In this document: piece by piece, positions 1 through 14,264 of the stretch
Layout of the letters: every line of letters begins with the position of its first letter
How positions within the stretch are numbered: the stretch's first letter is position 1
Origin: Octopus sinensis
Taxonomy: Eukaryota
NCBI RefSeq assembly: GCF_006345805.1
Contig: NC_043024.1
Coordinates: forward strand, 18,166,001-18,230,000
DNA: 64,000 nucleotides
Reading direction: 5' to 3'
Notes under the pieces: model-generated
Seen by the model: the letters and a program-made list of their open reading frames with translations, nothing else
Databases searched by the model: none
What the model was told of the DNA's origin: nothing
Made by a program: the position numbers and the translations under genes

Positions 1-73
1 CATATACAGACATAATACATTCACACAGGTACAAACAAGCATACATGTAAATACACACACACACATATACACA

Positions 74-117
<44 letters not shown>

Positions 118-800
118 CACAAACACATATATATGCACACATATACATACACTCACATATAAACAAACACATATACATACATGAAAACATACAAGACAAA
201 AGTTACGTATGTATGATTGTGTTTTGTACACTTACACATATATACACACATGCATACACCTGCACACACACACATACACCCACACATGCACATATACACA
301 CAAACGTATTTATATGTGTGCACACACACAGACATACACCACACATACACCTGCACACACACATGCACATATACATACAAACCTATTCCTACAAACACAC
401 ACACATATACACACACCCATACACCTGCACACATATACACACTAACGTATTTATATGTGCACACACACACACACACGCCTGCACACACACATATACATAT
501 ATGCCCAAACCTATTTCTACAAACACACACATATATACACACATGCAGAAGCGTATTTATGCATGCATACACACATACACACACACATATACACACAAAC
601 CTATTCCTACAAACATACACACACACACATATACACATGCATACATACACACATATACACATGCATATATATATACATGCACACACATACACATATACAC
701 ACAAACATATTTCTACAAGCATACTCACACATACACCAGCAGACACACACACAAACAGAAACATATTCACACACACAACACATATAGGATAAATGTAACA
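1..800. repeat. CA/TA microsatellite-derived minisatellite
   Basis: Recurring anchors aaacctattcctacaaac and aacgtatttatatgtg within CA/TA runs. Confidence 0.9.
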
Positions 801-1224
801 GCACTATTCTTCAGCACACAGTCTATATAAAAGCCACCAGGATCACTGCCACCATGACCACCACCACAGCACGAAACACTACAACAACCACAACAATAGC
901 CGGTGCTGCTATATACGTCCAGTCTCATTGTTGTGGGGGTACATACCTAAGCTATTCCTGACAGAGACACAAACATAACATTTACCTGTATCTGTTGTTG
1001 TTGTCGTGTCATGTGCTTGTAATTGTTATTCTCGTCTATGTCTGTCTTGGCTTGTCTCCATTTTACACCTACATTCCTTCTCTCTCTCTTTCTCTCTCTC
1101 ACACACACACACATACACCAATGTCAAGTGTGTACAGACAGACAAAGTGACTCACAAACAGTTTATTTAAGCTGATGCACTCCACGTTTGTATTGAGTAC
1201 TTCTCTGTTATGTGTACATGGACT

Positions 1225-1378
1225 ATTATAAATATAAGAGGAAGAGCATCCAGCTGAAGAAACCATGCCAAACCAGACTGGAGTCTAGCGCTGCTCCCCA
1301 GCTTGCTAGCTCTGGTCACACTGTCCAACCCATGCCAGCATGGACAACAGACGTTAAATGATGATGATGATGATATAG
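1225..1378 (+). mobile_element. Very short RTE 3'-end stub
   Basis: ctgtccaacccatgccagcatggacaacagacgttaaatgatgatgat matches the RTE terminus. Similar stubs at 46424-46990 (-), 53263-53310 (-) and 62870-62940 (-). Confidence 0.8.
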
Positions 1379-1733
1379 ATATATATATACATACATGGCT
1401 CTGTGTTTGTGTTGGTGTGTGGTAGGAGGTTTGCTTCCCAAACACATGGTTCTGGGTTCAGTCCCACTGCATGACACCTTGGGCAAATGTTTTTTCCTAT
1501 AATTTTGGGCACGCCAAGGCCTGGTGAATGGATTTGGAAGACGAAAACTGAAAGAAGCTTGTCATATATATGTATGTATGTATGTGGTAGGAAGTTTGTT
1601 TCCCAACTACATGGTTCTGAGTTCAATTCTACTACATGGTGCCTTGAGCAAGTGTCTTTACCTTTAGCCATCGACCAACCAAAACCTCCTGAGTAGATTT
1701 GCAAGACGGAAACTCAAAGAAGCCTATCATACG

Positions 1734-1765
<32 letters not shown>

Positions 1766-2110
1766 ATGTGTGCATATGTGTGCCTGTATGTGCCTGTGTG
1801 TGTGTCATTATGTTTGTTCACAGACACCACTTGATGGCCTGTAACTTAGCAGCTCAGTAAAAAGAATAAGGATCACGCTTTAAAAATAAGTAGTGGAGTC
1901 GATCTCTTTAACTGCATTCTTCAAAGCAGTGCTCCAGCATGGCCACATCGCAATGACTGAAGCCAGATAAAAGATATAGATACAGAAATTGTTGGAAATA
2001 TTCCCCACAAGTCAGAAGATATGTGTATGTATGTGCATTTATATGTACGTATATGTATCTATATATACACACACAGACATATATATATATACATACATAT
2101 ATATACACAC

Positions 2111-2155
<45 letters not shown>

Positions 2156-2896
2156 TTTACATATAAATGTATGTATGTATGCATATATGTACACACATCA
2201 ATGTGTATGCATTTAAATATATTAGTATATATATATGTGTAAATGTTTCTATGCATATATGCATGTGAGTGTCTATACACACACACACACACACATATAT
2301 ATATATCTCTGTATGTATGTGATATATGACAGCTCATCCATCAAATTTGACAATTTGACAAGGCCCTCACAGCTCAGTTCCATAGGCGTATGTTAAACCA
2401 GAACAAAAATCAGTTTTTTTATCTCCATAGTAAAGAAAAAAATATATATACCTTCTCCTCCCTTCCATTAACCTCACCTTCTCTCCCCCTCCTCCTGTCT
2501 CTTTCTCGTCCTTGCAAATATACAAGATATACATAAATATACAAGAATATACAAGAAAATATACAAGCGAAGACAACTGAGCTTGTATAAGAAAGCAGAA
2601 GATTGCTAAAAGGACTGAAGGGATCTCCAGTCCTTACCGTGTCATCTAACTTTCGGTGTGTCCATCATGTTTACGCCCACCATCAAAGTGTCTAACCCAT
2701 CTTGACTGTTTACACTAGCACCTGTTGATCCTGCCACCACCAACTGGCCTGATGCCTCCAACTTCAAAATTGTGCAGTTGTCACATGTAAATGCCTTATG
2801 AATTTGCAACTTGCCATATACATACATATGCCAGCACTCTATGAGTGTTCAATTCCATCCAAGGAATTGAAATTATATATATATATAATATATATA

Positions 2897-2937
<41 letters not shown>

Positions 2938-3240
2938 TGGCTACTAATCATGAGGTAGTGAGTTCGATTCCCAGACCAGGCTGTGTGTTGTGTTCTTGAG
3001 CAAGATGCTTTATTTCACGTTGCTCTAGTTCACTCATCTGTAGAAATGAGTTGTGACGTCATTGGTGCCAAGCAGTTTTGGCCTTTGCCTTTCCCTTGGA
3101 CAAAATCGGTGACATGGAAAGTGGCAACAGTATACAAGGGCGCCTACTGGTCTTCCATAAACAACCTTACCCAGACTCATGCCTAGGAGAGTAACTTTCT
3201 AGGTGCAATCCCATGGTCATTCATGACCGAAGGGGGTCTT
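2938..3240 (+). mobile_element. tRNA-derived SINE family 4
   Basis: gttcgattcccagacc..ttcttgagcaag..tttatttcac..gaaatgagttg; reverse copies at 13020-13262, 13322-13660 and 47655-47960. Confidence 0.75.
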
Positions 3241-4460
3241 TTATATATGAATGGACATTTGAAAGAAAAGACACTCAACACATTTTAAATTGTTTGGTTC
3301 AGTTCTATGTGACTTTAAGTTTCACTGGCTTCTAGCAGAAACCCATCTTTATTCAACTGAGATTACCAAATCTAAGACAGTAGTAGTCATAGTTGTACTT
3401 GTAGTAGTTGTAGATGTGATGTGCCAAAGCCACATATAAAATTAAAATTTCTCAAATATTTAAAATCTATCAATTAATAGAAGAAAAATAAACAAAAACT
3501 TGTCAATAATACTCTTTTACTTATTTCAGCCATTTGACTGTGGCCATGCTGGAGCACCGCCTTTAGTCGAGCAAATCGATCCCAGGGCTTATTCTTTGTA
3601 AGCCTAGTACTTATTCCATCAGTCTCTTTTACCGAACCACTAAGTTACGGGGACATAAACACACCAGCATCGGTTGTCAAGCGATGTTGGGGGGGACAGA
3701 CACACACATACATATATATATATACACAATGGGCTTCTTTCAGTTTCCATCTACCAAAACCAGGCACAAGGCCTTAGTCGACCCAAGGCTATAGTAGAAG
3801 ACACTTGCCCAAGGTGCCACACAGTGGGAATGAACCCAGAACCATGTGGTTGGTAAACAAGCTACTTACCACACAGCCACTCCTACATCTATGAATAATA
3901 GTTGATGACTCTGAAAGGAAATAAGACAATTTCCAGAGATTAATAATTTTCACAGGAAATTAAATATTTTTCATGTTTAGGGGCCAAACTGATCAGTCTA
4001 ACCAAGGTAGGATCATATTCTTCTCCAAGATCTGAAAATTATATTATTGGTAAAACTTTTTTGCAGCTTCTTCAAGTTATCTCCCCTTCCTTTTCTCAAT
4101 CACTAACAGCTGCTGCTGCTGCTGGTTTTGTTGGGGTTTTTTGCTTCTATTTTTGTGTTGTTTTCTTTCTTCGGGTAAGAGGCAAAATGCAACTCATAGG
4201 GAAATTTTTGCATTTGTCATTTAGTACATACACACTTATATACATATACACATAATATATATACACACATATATACATCAACATATATGTGTATATATAT
4301 ACATATATATATATACATTGTGTATATATATTAGTAAGTCTATGTAAATGTGTGTGTATATATAGGTGTGGGTGTGGATGTATATATATGTATATATAGA
4401 CAGAAGTGCACAATACACAGTGCATGTGCCTGGGCACACACACACACATGCATACATATG

Positions 4461-4514
<54 letters not shown>

Positions 4515-5139
4515 ACACACACATATACAGTCATAGGAACATCTGTATGTGTACATGTGTTTGTATATGTCTACATACATAAATGTACACAGAAACACGT
4601 GCATTTTATGTGGGTGTCAAGTAGTACTTTATTTTTGCTTGTAGACACATGTGCATGTACAGGTGCACATTTATATGCATCTATGTGAGCGTGAGTGTGC
4701 AATTTACTGTGCAGATGAGATCCATAAAATGTCAACTATTCTGTCTGCACGAAAATGACACCATCACTTGCTCCTCCCCTGCACCGTGGCCACCTATTGT
4801 TTGGTGAAGTAATTAACGATGTAATTATGGAGGTGGGCGTGGGTGGATTGTAAAGGAAGGTTTTTCCTCCTCCCACGCCATCACCAAATAAGATTCCTTG
4901 TGTGAAGAATGGTAATGGTTCTGTCATTTGAATCTGAGGATTTTACAGCAATTGACACAATTAAAAAAATTCAGCAGACGTAACTGCAACAGGAGAAAAA
5001 CAACAACAGCAGCAGCAACTCCAGTGATAATGATGATAATAATAATAATAACAATAATAATAATAATAATAATAGTGATAAAAATAAAAACTGTTGTGAT
5101 GATAATAAGAAGAATGGTGGGAACAATAACAACAATTGT

Positions 5140-5174
<35 letters not shown>

Positions 5175-5523
5175 TAACAACAACAACAACAAGAGTGTTG
5201 ATCATAATGATGATGATAATGAGGAGAATAATAATAATAACAAAAATGATAACAATCCTTTCTATGAAAGGCACAAGGCCTGAATTTTGGGGAGGAGGAA
5301 TAAGTTGATTACATCGACCCCAGTGCATAACTAGTACTTGTTTTATCGACCCTGGAGGGATAAAAGGTAAAGTCGACCTTGGTGAGATCTGAACTCAGAA
5401 CGTAGTGATGGGTGAAATACCGCTAAGTATTTTGCCTTGCATGCTAACTATTCTGCCAGCTCACTGCCTTAATAATAATAATAATAAAATAATAATAATA
5501 ATATAATAATAATAATAATAATA

Positions 5524-5556
<33 letters not shown>

Positions 5557-6163
5557 CACAAGGCCTGAAATCTAGGGTGGGAGGGACTAGTCTATTACAT
5601 CAGCCCCCAGTACCCAACTGGTACTTATTTCATTGACCTTGAAAGGATAAAAGGCAAAGTCGACATTGACGGAATTTGAACTCGGAGTGTAAAGACAGAC
5701 AAAATACTGCTAAGCATTTTGCCCATTGTGCTTACGTTTCTACCAGCTCAATGCCTTCAGATAGATATACATTAACAAAGCAAAGTTAAATGGGATACAA
5801 AGATACAGAAAATTAAATGGAGAAGTGATGGTGTTATAGGTTGAGCACCATACCTTCTGCTCATAATTTTCTTTGTATTCTGTGTAAGTTTGCTTTAAGA
5901 ATATATATATCTATATACTTAATTGAAAAAATTCTGGAGTCAACAAGAAGGACTAAGGTTGGACATATATTTTTCAATCACTACAATTGTTTCCACACAA
6001 CTTAGTTCCCCAACCTGCTGCTAAATTCATGCCATGAGATGCAGAGAGGATGTTCTTGAAGCTGAGATTTTGAACTTACAGAGAAAATATTTACATATCA
6101 CCTGAGGAAACACAACTAGATTTTGTAAACCAGGGAAACGGTATGTGTATATATATATATTAA

Positions 6164-6219
<56 letters not shown>

Positions 6220-6228
6220 GTATGTACA

Positions 6229-6712
6229 TCTCTATATATATAAAACTGAGAATGTGTGTCTGTCTGTCTATGTGTTTTCCTAAAACTTGAGAACTACACA
6301 ACCAATTTCATTCAAATTTTCACATGCCTTACTTAGGGTCCATGTAGTTTCATGGGCAAAAAATGTTCAACTTCTTGCCTAGAGCGAGCCCATAGCAATA
6401 TCATATCTTCTCCACTATTTTAGTATTACGTGTTAAAAGTGAAACTAAACATTTCTCTATTTTATGTCAGATACTTTCACTTTAACAATAAAAATAATAA
6501 TAACAATTGAATTATATGTAGTAAGTAATAATTAAAATCAAACTAAAGTATAATATAATCGTAACATAACGAAAGTAAAAATAGCAATTGGTATAAAGTT
6601 GCAACAATGACTTGAACTTGAATAAGTGGTTTCACATTAATGGGAATAAATTAGAAATAAAATTAGTGTGCAGAAATGGAATAGTCCAGATGGATAATAA
6701 AAAATGAAATTA
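6229..6712 (+). mobile_element. 5' half of the same Helitron family
   Basis: Collinear with the reverse complement of about 56625-57437 once the SINE is removed; ends abruptly at the CR1 fragment. Confidence 0.8.
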
Positions 6713-7690
6713 TCAAAGGCTTTTGCAAAGTCGAGATATATCACATCCATACTTGAGCCATTTAGTAGCTGTTTTAACACCCAGTTATGGATAAGGCATA
6801 TTATCCCTTCTTTCAATATGACTGAGAGCTTACCACTTGCAAGAAAGCTCTGAAAAAGAAGCTGTAGTGGTTTTGCACGATTTGAGAAGGATTGCTGGGA
6901 ATCCATCAGGTCCAGCAGCTGAGTTTGTGTCAATCTCATCAATGGCTAGTGTGATATCATCATTTTCAATGTTGATGTACTCAATTTTTGCCTCTTTGGC
7001 CGCAGGTAAAGTGGCAAAGAATTCTTCTGGGTTGTTTACTTGCCTGTGTCCTAGAGGTGTAGTGAACACACTTTGGAATTGTTTGTTCAGTATTTCACTT
7101 ATCCTTGTGGGATTTCCTGTGAGGGAGCCATCTTTTTGGTGAGGTCCTATTCTCTGGTGCACTGTGGCTGTCTCTTTGGCAAACTTAAAGAAAGCTTTAG
7201 GGTTTGACTTTATATTTTCTATTACCCAAGCTTCTTTATCTGCTCTCTCTTTTTCATGAGACTGATGCAGACTTTTCTCAGTTTCCATTAGCATTCTTTC
7301 GAGCTGAGACTACTCACCACTTTTGGTGTGCTTGCTCAGGCGGTTCGCAATCCTTGTCCATCGTCTCATAAGAATCCTCCTTTCTCTAGGGTTCCTGCTT
7401 TTGTTTTTGTGTGTGCTGACCCTGCACACTGGGACATATTTGTCACATATGGCTTGTATTATGGACATGAAGCATTTGTGTTTCATGTCAATGTCCGGTG
7501 TGGAGAGACATTCAGGCCAATCCTGTTTGAGGATCTCTTTCTCGATCAACTTCCAATTTGCTTTATGAAAGTTTAAGTTGGAGAGATTGTGGATGCTTCG
7601 TATAGGCTGTGTGTCTGCGGGGGCTTTTGGTCCATACATAGACAGCTCTATTATATTGTGATCCGAGACCAATGTTGGCATCGTGAAGCA
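6712..7690 (-). mobile_element. CR1-group LINE ORF2 fragment (end of APE domain to RT motif A), degraded
   Basis: Minus translations SDHNII, NFHKANW, IKSNPKAFFKF, EILNKQFQSVFT, AAGPDGFPAILLK and DVIYLDFAKAFD, with an internal deletion before the last motif. Confidence 0.85.
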
Positions 7691-7696
7691 AACAGT

Positions 7697-7707
7697 ATGT
7701 ATATATG

Positions 7708-7758
<51 letters not shown>

Positions 7759-7764
7759 TATATA

Positions 7765-7807
<43 letters not shown>

Positions 7808-7895
7808 GATATATAATATATATATAGATATATTATATATGATATATATATTATATATATTATATATATATATTATTATATATATATATATATTA

Positions 7896-7946
<51 letters not shown>

Positions 7947-8365
7947 TATATATATATATATATATATATTATAGATATATATATATATATAATATATATA
8001 TATGCATATATATATATATATATAGATATATATAAGCATATAGATATATATATTATATATAGATATATATATGCATATAGATATATATATTATAATAGAT
8101 ATATATGCATATAGATATATATATTATATATAGATATATATATATATATAGATATATATAGCATATAGATATATATACTATATATAGATATATATATGCA
8201 TATAGATATATATATTATAATAGATATATATATGCATATATATATATATATTATATATAAGATATATATATGCATATATATATATATATATATATATATA
8301 GATATATATATGCATATATATATATATTATATATATAGATATATATATATATATATATATAATAT
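7697..8365. repeat. Long degenerate (TA)n array
   Basis: Direct reading. Confidence 0.95.
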
Positions 8366-8366
8366 A

Positions 8367-8680
8367 CAGTTGCGGCCAAAATGTTCAGAACGGCATTGTT
8401 TTCGTCAGAAAAGTAGATATAATTTTTTATCAAAGTTGTTTTATATTCTATAATTTTCACAGACAATAAATACGAAATTTTTTTATTATTGCCTGAGATT
8501 TTGGTGTAATTTGAGAGGATAATACAAAAGTTATGGATGATTTAATGATTTATTGCAAAATGATCAGAACAGTTGAAAAAATAACAAAATAATCAAAAAT
8601 GACAGAGAATACTGGAATTATTTAATATTTAGTGTGAAGCCCTTTAGCTTCAATCACACTCTGACATCTTCAACTGCATG
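8367..8680 (+). mobile_element. Tc1-like left end, truncated by the RTE
   Basis: TA|CAGTTGCGGCCAAAATGTTCAGAACGG is a Tc1-type terminus; the second TIR was not found. Confidence 0.5.
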
Positions 8681-11124
8681 AAGAATGTTGGTAGCAGGGA
8701 ACTGTATCAGACTGCCAAAAGGGAAGCTAGGAGACAGGTCTATTTAGCCAGAGGGGAAGCAGATAAGAAAAAATTTTCCAATGTTCTGCACCGTGAGGAC
8801 CAAAGACTTGAGGTGTTTCGTGTTGCAAGACAGTGTGTGAGAGAGAATCAATCGTGATGTGGTAGGAGAGAATTGTGTTCGCATGGATGATGGTTCACTT
8901 GCGCTAAATGAGGATGCAAAGAGAGAGGTTTGGAGACGCCACTATGAAAGGTTGCTGAATAAAGAAAATGAATGGGATAAAGAGAGTCTGCCGAATGTCG
9001 ACCCAACAGAGGGACCAGCTATCCGAGTTGACAGTTCCTTGGTAGTTAAGGCAATTAGAAGCATGAAGACAGGGAAAGCCCCAGGCCCATCAGGAATCAC
9101 TGCAGAGATGCTCAAAATATCTGGTAGTGTCGGCTATAGCCTAGTCATCTGTATAGTTAATCAGGTGATACACGAAGGAGTCATACCCAATGACTGGTTT
9201 AGCAGCATAATAGTCAACTGCTACAAAGGTAAAGATGACGCCCTAGATACAAATAATTACAGAGGTATCAAGCTGTTGGACCAGGTAATGAAGGTTACGG
9301 AGAGGGTCATAGCCCAACTAATTAGAAAGAGAGTTAGTTTAGATGAGATGCAGTTTGGGTTCATGCCAGGGAAAAGCACCACTGATGCTATATTTCTGGT
9401 AAGACAGCTGCTGGAGAAATACCTGGCCAAAGATAAGCTCCAGTACCTGACTTTTGTTGACATGGAGAAAGCATTCGACAGGGTCCCCCGATCTCTTTTC
9501 TGGTGGTCAATGAGGAAACTAGGAATAGATGAATGGTTAGTGAGAGTTGTGCGAGCCATGTACAGGGACGCCGCTAGGAAGGTGAGGGTTGGCAACGAGT
9601 ACAGTGAAGAATTCCGGGTAGAGGTAGGGGTCCACCAAGGCTCAGTCCTCAGCCCCCTCCTATTTATCATAGTCCTCCAAGTAATAACGGAGGAATTCAA
9701 GACAGGATACCCCTGGGAGCTCCTCTATGCTGATGACCTTGCTCTAATTGCTGAGTCACTATCAGAACTGGAGGAGAAGTTTCAGGTGTGGAAGCAAGGA
9801 TTAGAATCGAAGGGCATTAGAGTCAATCTAGCTAAAACCAAAGTCGTAATAAGTAGGAAGGTAAACAAATCACAAATGCCTTCAGGTAGATGGCCCTGCT
9901 CGATCTGTAGAAAAGGTGTAGGTAGAAACTCTATAAGATGCACCAAGTGTAAGCTATGGACACATAAGAAGTGCAGCAATGTCAAAGGAAGGCTAACTAG
10001 GAAGATAGTTAGCAATAAACACTGAAAATGCTCTGAAACCAACTTCTGCCACATTCCAGGGAGAAAAACTAGAAATAGTTGATAGCTTCTGTTAACCTAG
10101 GTGACCAAGTCAGTTGCGGGGGCGGGTGTGCTGAAAGTGTAACTGCTAGAGTAAGAATAGCTTGGGCAAAGTTCAGAGAGCTCTTACCTCTGCTGGTGAC
10201 AAAAGGCCTCTCGCTCAGAGTAAAAGGCAGACGTGTGTACGAACAGCCATGCTACATGGCAGTGAAACATGGGCCGTGACTGCTGAGGATATGTGTAAGC
10301 TTGCAAGAAATGAAGCCAGTATGCTCCAATGGATGTGTAATGTCAGTGTTCATACTCGACAGAGTGTAAGTACCTTGAGAGAAATGCTGGACCTAAGAAG
10401 CATCAGTTGTGGTGTGCAAGAGAGACGTTTGCGCTGGTATGGTCATGTGGCGAGAATGGATGAAGATAGTTGTGTGCAAAAGTGCCACACCCTAGCGGTT
10501 GAGGGAACCTGCGGAAGAGGCAGACCCAGGAAAACCTGGGACGAGGTGGTGAAGCACGACCTTCGAACTTTAGGTCTCACCGAGGAAATGACTAGAGACC
10601 GAGACCTTTGGAAATATGCTGTGCGTGAGAAGACCAGGCAGGACAAGTGAGACAATAACCCATGGCCTCTACATGGGATGTAGCCAGTCCACTTATGCAT
10701 ACCTGTCCTTCTTGGGACACAAAACTCTACTTGTGAAGACCTGTTGAGGCAAGTGGAAATCAAAATCGAAATCGAAATCGATCAACATCAATGGAAATTG
10801 CAGCTGTGATACCAGTGCCGGTGGTATGTAAGAGAACCATCCGAACGTGGCCGTTGCCAGCGCCGCCCCGACAGGCCTCATGCCAGTGGCACAAAAAAAG
10901 CACCATCCAATCGTGGCCATTTGCCAGCCTCGTCTGGCATGTAAAAAGCACCCACTACACTCATGGAGTGGTTGGCGTTAGGAAGGGCATCCAGCCGTAG
11001 AAACATTGCCAGATCAGACTGGGCCTGGGGCAGCCTTGTGGCTTCCCAGACCCAAGTTGAACCGTCCAACCCATGCTAGCATGGAAAGCGGACACTAAAC
11101 GATGATGATGATGATGATGATGAT
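8680..11124 (+). mobile_element. RTE-clade LINE, same family, 5'-truncated and disrupted
   Basis: ORF 8859-10025 is near-identical to 59318-61117; small deletion near 10010, frameshifts, same 3' UTR and (GAT)n tail. Confidence 0.95.
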
Positions 11125-11163
11125 ATATATATATATATAATATATATATATTATATATATATG

Positions 11164-11201
<38 letters not shown>

Positions 11202-11489
11202 TATATTATATATATATATATATATATGTATGTATATATTATATATATATATTATATATATGTATGTATATATATTATATATATATATATATTATATATA
11301 TATATATGTATATTATATATTATATATATATATATAATATATATGTATGTATATTATATATTATATAATATATATATGTATATATCTATGTATATATTAT
11401 ATATATATATGTGTGTGTGTATGTATATATGTATATATTATATATATATATATGTGTGTGTGTGTGTATGTATATATGTATGTATATAT

Positions 11490-11524
<35 letters not shown>

Positions 11525-11567
11525 ATGTATATATTATATATTTGTGTGTGTGTGGTATGTATATATG

Positions 11568-11600
<33 letters not shown>

Positions 11601-11720
11601 ATGTATATATGTATATATATATGTGTGTGTGTATGTATGTATGTATATATTATATATATATATATATAATATATATATATATATATTTTATATATATATT
11701 ATTTATATATATATATTATA
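11124..11720. repeat. (TA)n/(TG)n compound microsatellite
   Basis: Direct reading. Confidence 0.95.
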
Positions 11721-12130
11721 TAACAACAACCACAATTACAATACAGCCACATCTGTCAGTAAATAGTTTCCTCCCTTCCCATCATGCATCAGCCTAAATT
11801 TCCTCATCACAAGACACCAAGTGACTTGAGGAACAAAATGCAATTATCAGTTGTAATTAACAACAAGTAGGGAGGTTAACGAAGTGCAACTGATTATGTC
11901 TACCTACACATTTCTTTCACGGTTGATTACTTCCTCCTACCATCACTAGCAACCCTTGGAGTATAGTTTATTGTGTGAAACCTGCCAAGTTTGTACATGG
12001 GAGGCTGGGAAATAAGGAAAGGGACTTGATTTTGCAGAATAAATACTTAACTCTTTGGCCCTTAAACTGGTCACATTGGACCCGAATATTCCACATGTCT
12101 CTTGTTCAGATATGTCATTTGACAGAATAA

Positions 12131-12390
12131 TCTGAATTTGTAGCCGGACAAAATAAATCCCTGAAATATCAGAATCTGGCAGGGAACTATCTCTTCCAAC
12201 CTGTAGCGTTTGAGTCATTTAGAGGGACTGGGCCACTAACGGCGAAGTTCTTGCCATTGTTAGCAGCTTACCTCACCGCGATGTCAGCTGATGCCCATGA
12301 GAGCATTTGGCTTTTCAAACACCTCAGCCTTACCATTGCCCATGGTAATGCTGCAAGTGAACTGGTTTGCTTCAGTAGGTTTCATTAAAC
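12131..12390 (+). mobile_element. CRE-like (RLE-type) non-LTR C-terminal relic
   Basis: Plus translation KYQNLAGNYLFQPVAFESFRGTGP..IWLFKHLSLTIAHGNAAS fits the KY..L...Y.F.P.A.E..G..LSLAIQRGNAA terminus of CRE-clade elements. Confidence 0.65.
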
Positions 12391-14264
12391 CTTGTTGTGT
12401 GCAACCAATTGAAGCATTGATCATTTTTTCTCTTTATTCTTTTTTCTTTTATTTTTTTCTCTCTCTCCTTTTCCTTTTTTCTTTTCTTCTTCTTTTGTAA
12501 AAATTATATTAGATAAAAGAAAATATTTATAGACATCTGAATATGAAAGGGTTAAAGTGATTTAAATTAAAACTGTCTATCAAAACTTCACATTATGTTC
12601 CAAACACCAGCTTAATAATGACAAGATTCTTTTTTATTAAACTCTTCATTGTTTTCAAACTAAACAGAGACAAAGATAATGTTTTTCAATAGAAATATGG
12701 TAAGAAAAATGGGTTAACCCAAAGGTTCTCAATGTGGCCTATACCGCCACAAAGGAGGCACTGGGCATGTTGGAGGGTGTGGTGCAGGGGGAAATGCAGT
12801 AGCATAATTATCATACTAAATTAATTGAAATAAAGACAACATATTTCAAGAGACAGTTAAAAAAAAAAACAGATAATAAATACAACAAACAAAGAGAAAA
12901 CAGATGATCTTTTTTTTTGTGTCAGTTTACCGTTTGTTTGAGCATATATTATAAAGACTAAAGACCCTCTTTGGTCATAAATTACCATAATGTACCTAGA
13001 AAGTTCTAGAAAGTCCAGGCAAGGTTGTTTATGGAAAACCAACAGCCGCCCATGCATACCAGCCTGATGTTATCCAAGGAAAAGGCAAAAGATGCCAATA
13101 CAGTTTGGCACCAGTGACATCACAACTCATTTCTATATGGTGCAGCATGAAATAAAGTGTATTGCTCAAGAACACAGCACATAGCATGGTCCAGGAATCG
13201 AACTCACTACCTCATGATTGTGAGGCCAACACTCTAACCAATTAGCCATGTACCTTCACATATGCAGATGAATATATATGTATGTATGTGTGTGTGTATG
13301 TGTGTGTGTGTGCATATGTAAAATCCCTTCTTCAGTCATGAATGACCATGAGATTGCACATAGAAAGTTCCCCTCCAAGGCACAAGCCCAGGAAAAGTTG
13401 TTTATGGAAGACCAGCAGTCGCCCATGCATACCAGCCTCTCCTCTCCACACCACCAGTGTTATCCAATGGAAAAGCAAAAGGGGGCCAATACAGCTTGGC
13501 ACCAGTGATGTCGCAACTCATTTCTACAGCTGAGTTAAGTGGAGCAATGTGAAATAAAGTGTCTTGCTCAAGAACACAACACACAACCCTGTATGGGAAT
13601 CAAACTCATTACCTCATGATTGTAAACCTGACTTTCTAACCACTAAGCCATGCATCTTCCTTACCAATTACATGGTTCCGGGTTCAGTCCCACTGCATGA
13701 CACCTACTATAGCCTTGGGCCAATATGGGGCAGATGGGTTATTACAGTCCAAAGCTATGCTTCTTCAAAGTCCCTGCCTTGTAAGACGGATCAGAGAACT
13801 GGGTCTGACTTGTAAGCAGGGTCATCTTAGCAGAATTTATAGGCCCCTGGGCAATTCAGTACTCTGGGCCCTAGAGTATTTATTGACAGCAAGTCACAAC
13901 AGGATACATAGATTAGAATTAGGCCCCTAGATCTGCGAGGCCCCTAGGAAACTTCCAGGTATGCCCACGCCTTAGCACAGCACTACTTTATTCTTTTGTT
14001 CTTCTATTTGTTTTAGTCATTTTACTGCGGCCATGCTAGAGCACCACCTTGAAGGGTTTTTTAGTCAAAGAAATCGACCCCAGGATTTATTCTTTGTAAG
14101 CCTAGTACTTATTCTATCGGTCTCTTTTGCTGAACTGCTAAGTTATGGGGACGTAAACACACCAACATTGGTTGTCAAGTGATGGTGGAGGGACAAACAC
14201 AGACAGAAAGACACACACACATAAATATATACATATGAAGCACTATTACTACTACATGCTTGTA

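Noticed and set aside
153-830. Long ORFs rich in YI/HT/CV/III (here and at 7.7, 11.2, 22-25, 26.3 and 34.8 kb)
   Set aside because: Translations of CA/TA/AAT microsatellites, open in several frames on both strands; not genes.
4736-4927. Minus ORF with GDGVGGGKT resembling a P-loop
   Set aside because: Does not fit GxxxxGK[ST] spacing, ends in a stop with no donor site, and has no supporting exons.
11946-12218. Minus 90-aa ORF as a possible host exon
   Set aside because: No recognisable domain, and it overlaps the plus-strand CRE-like relic.
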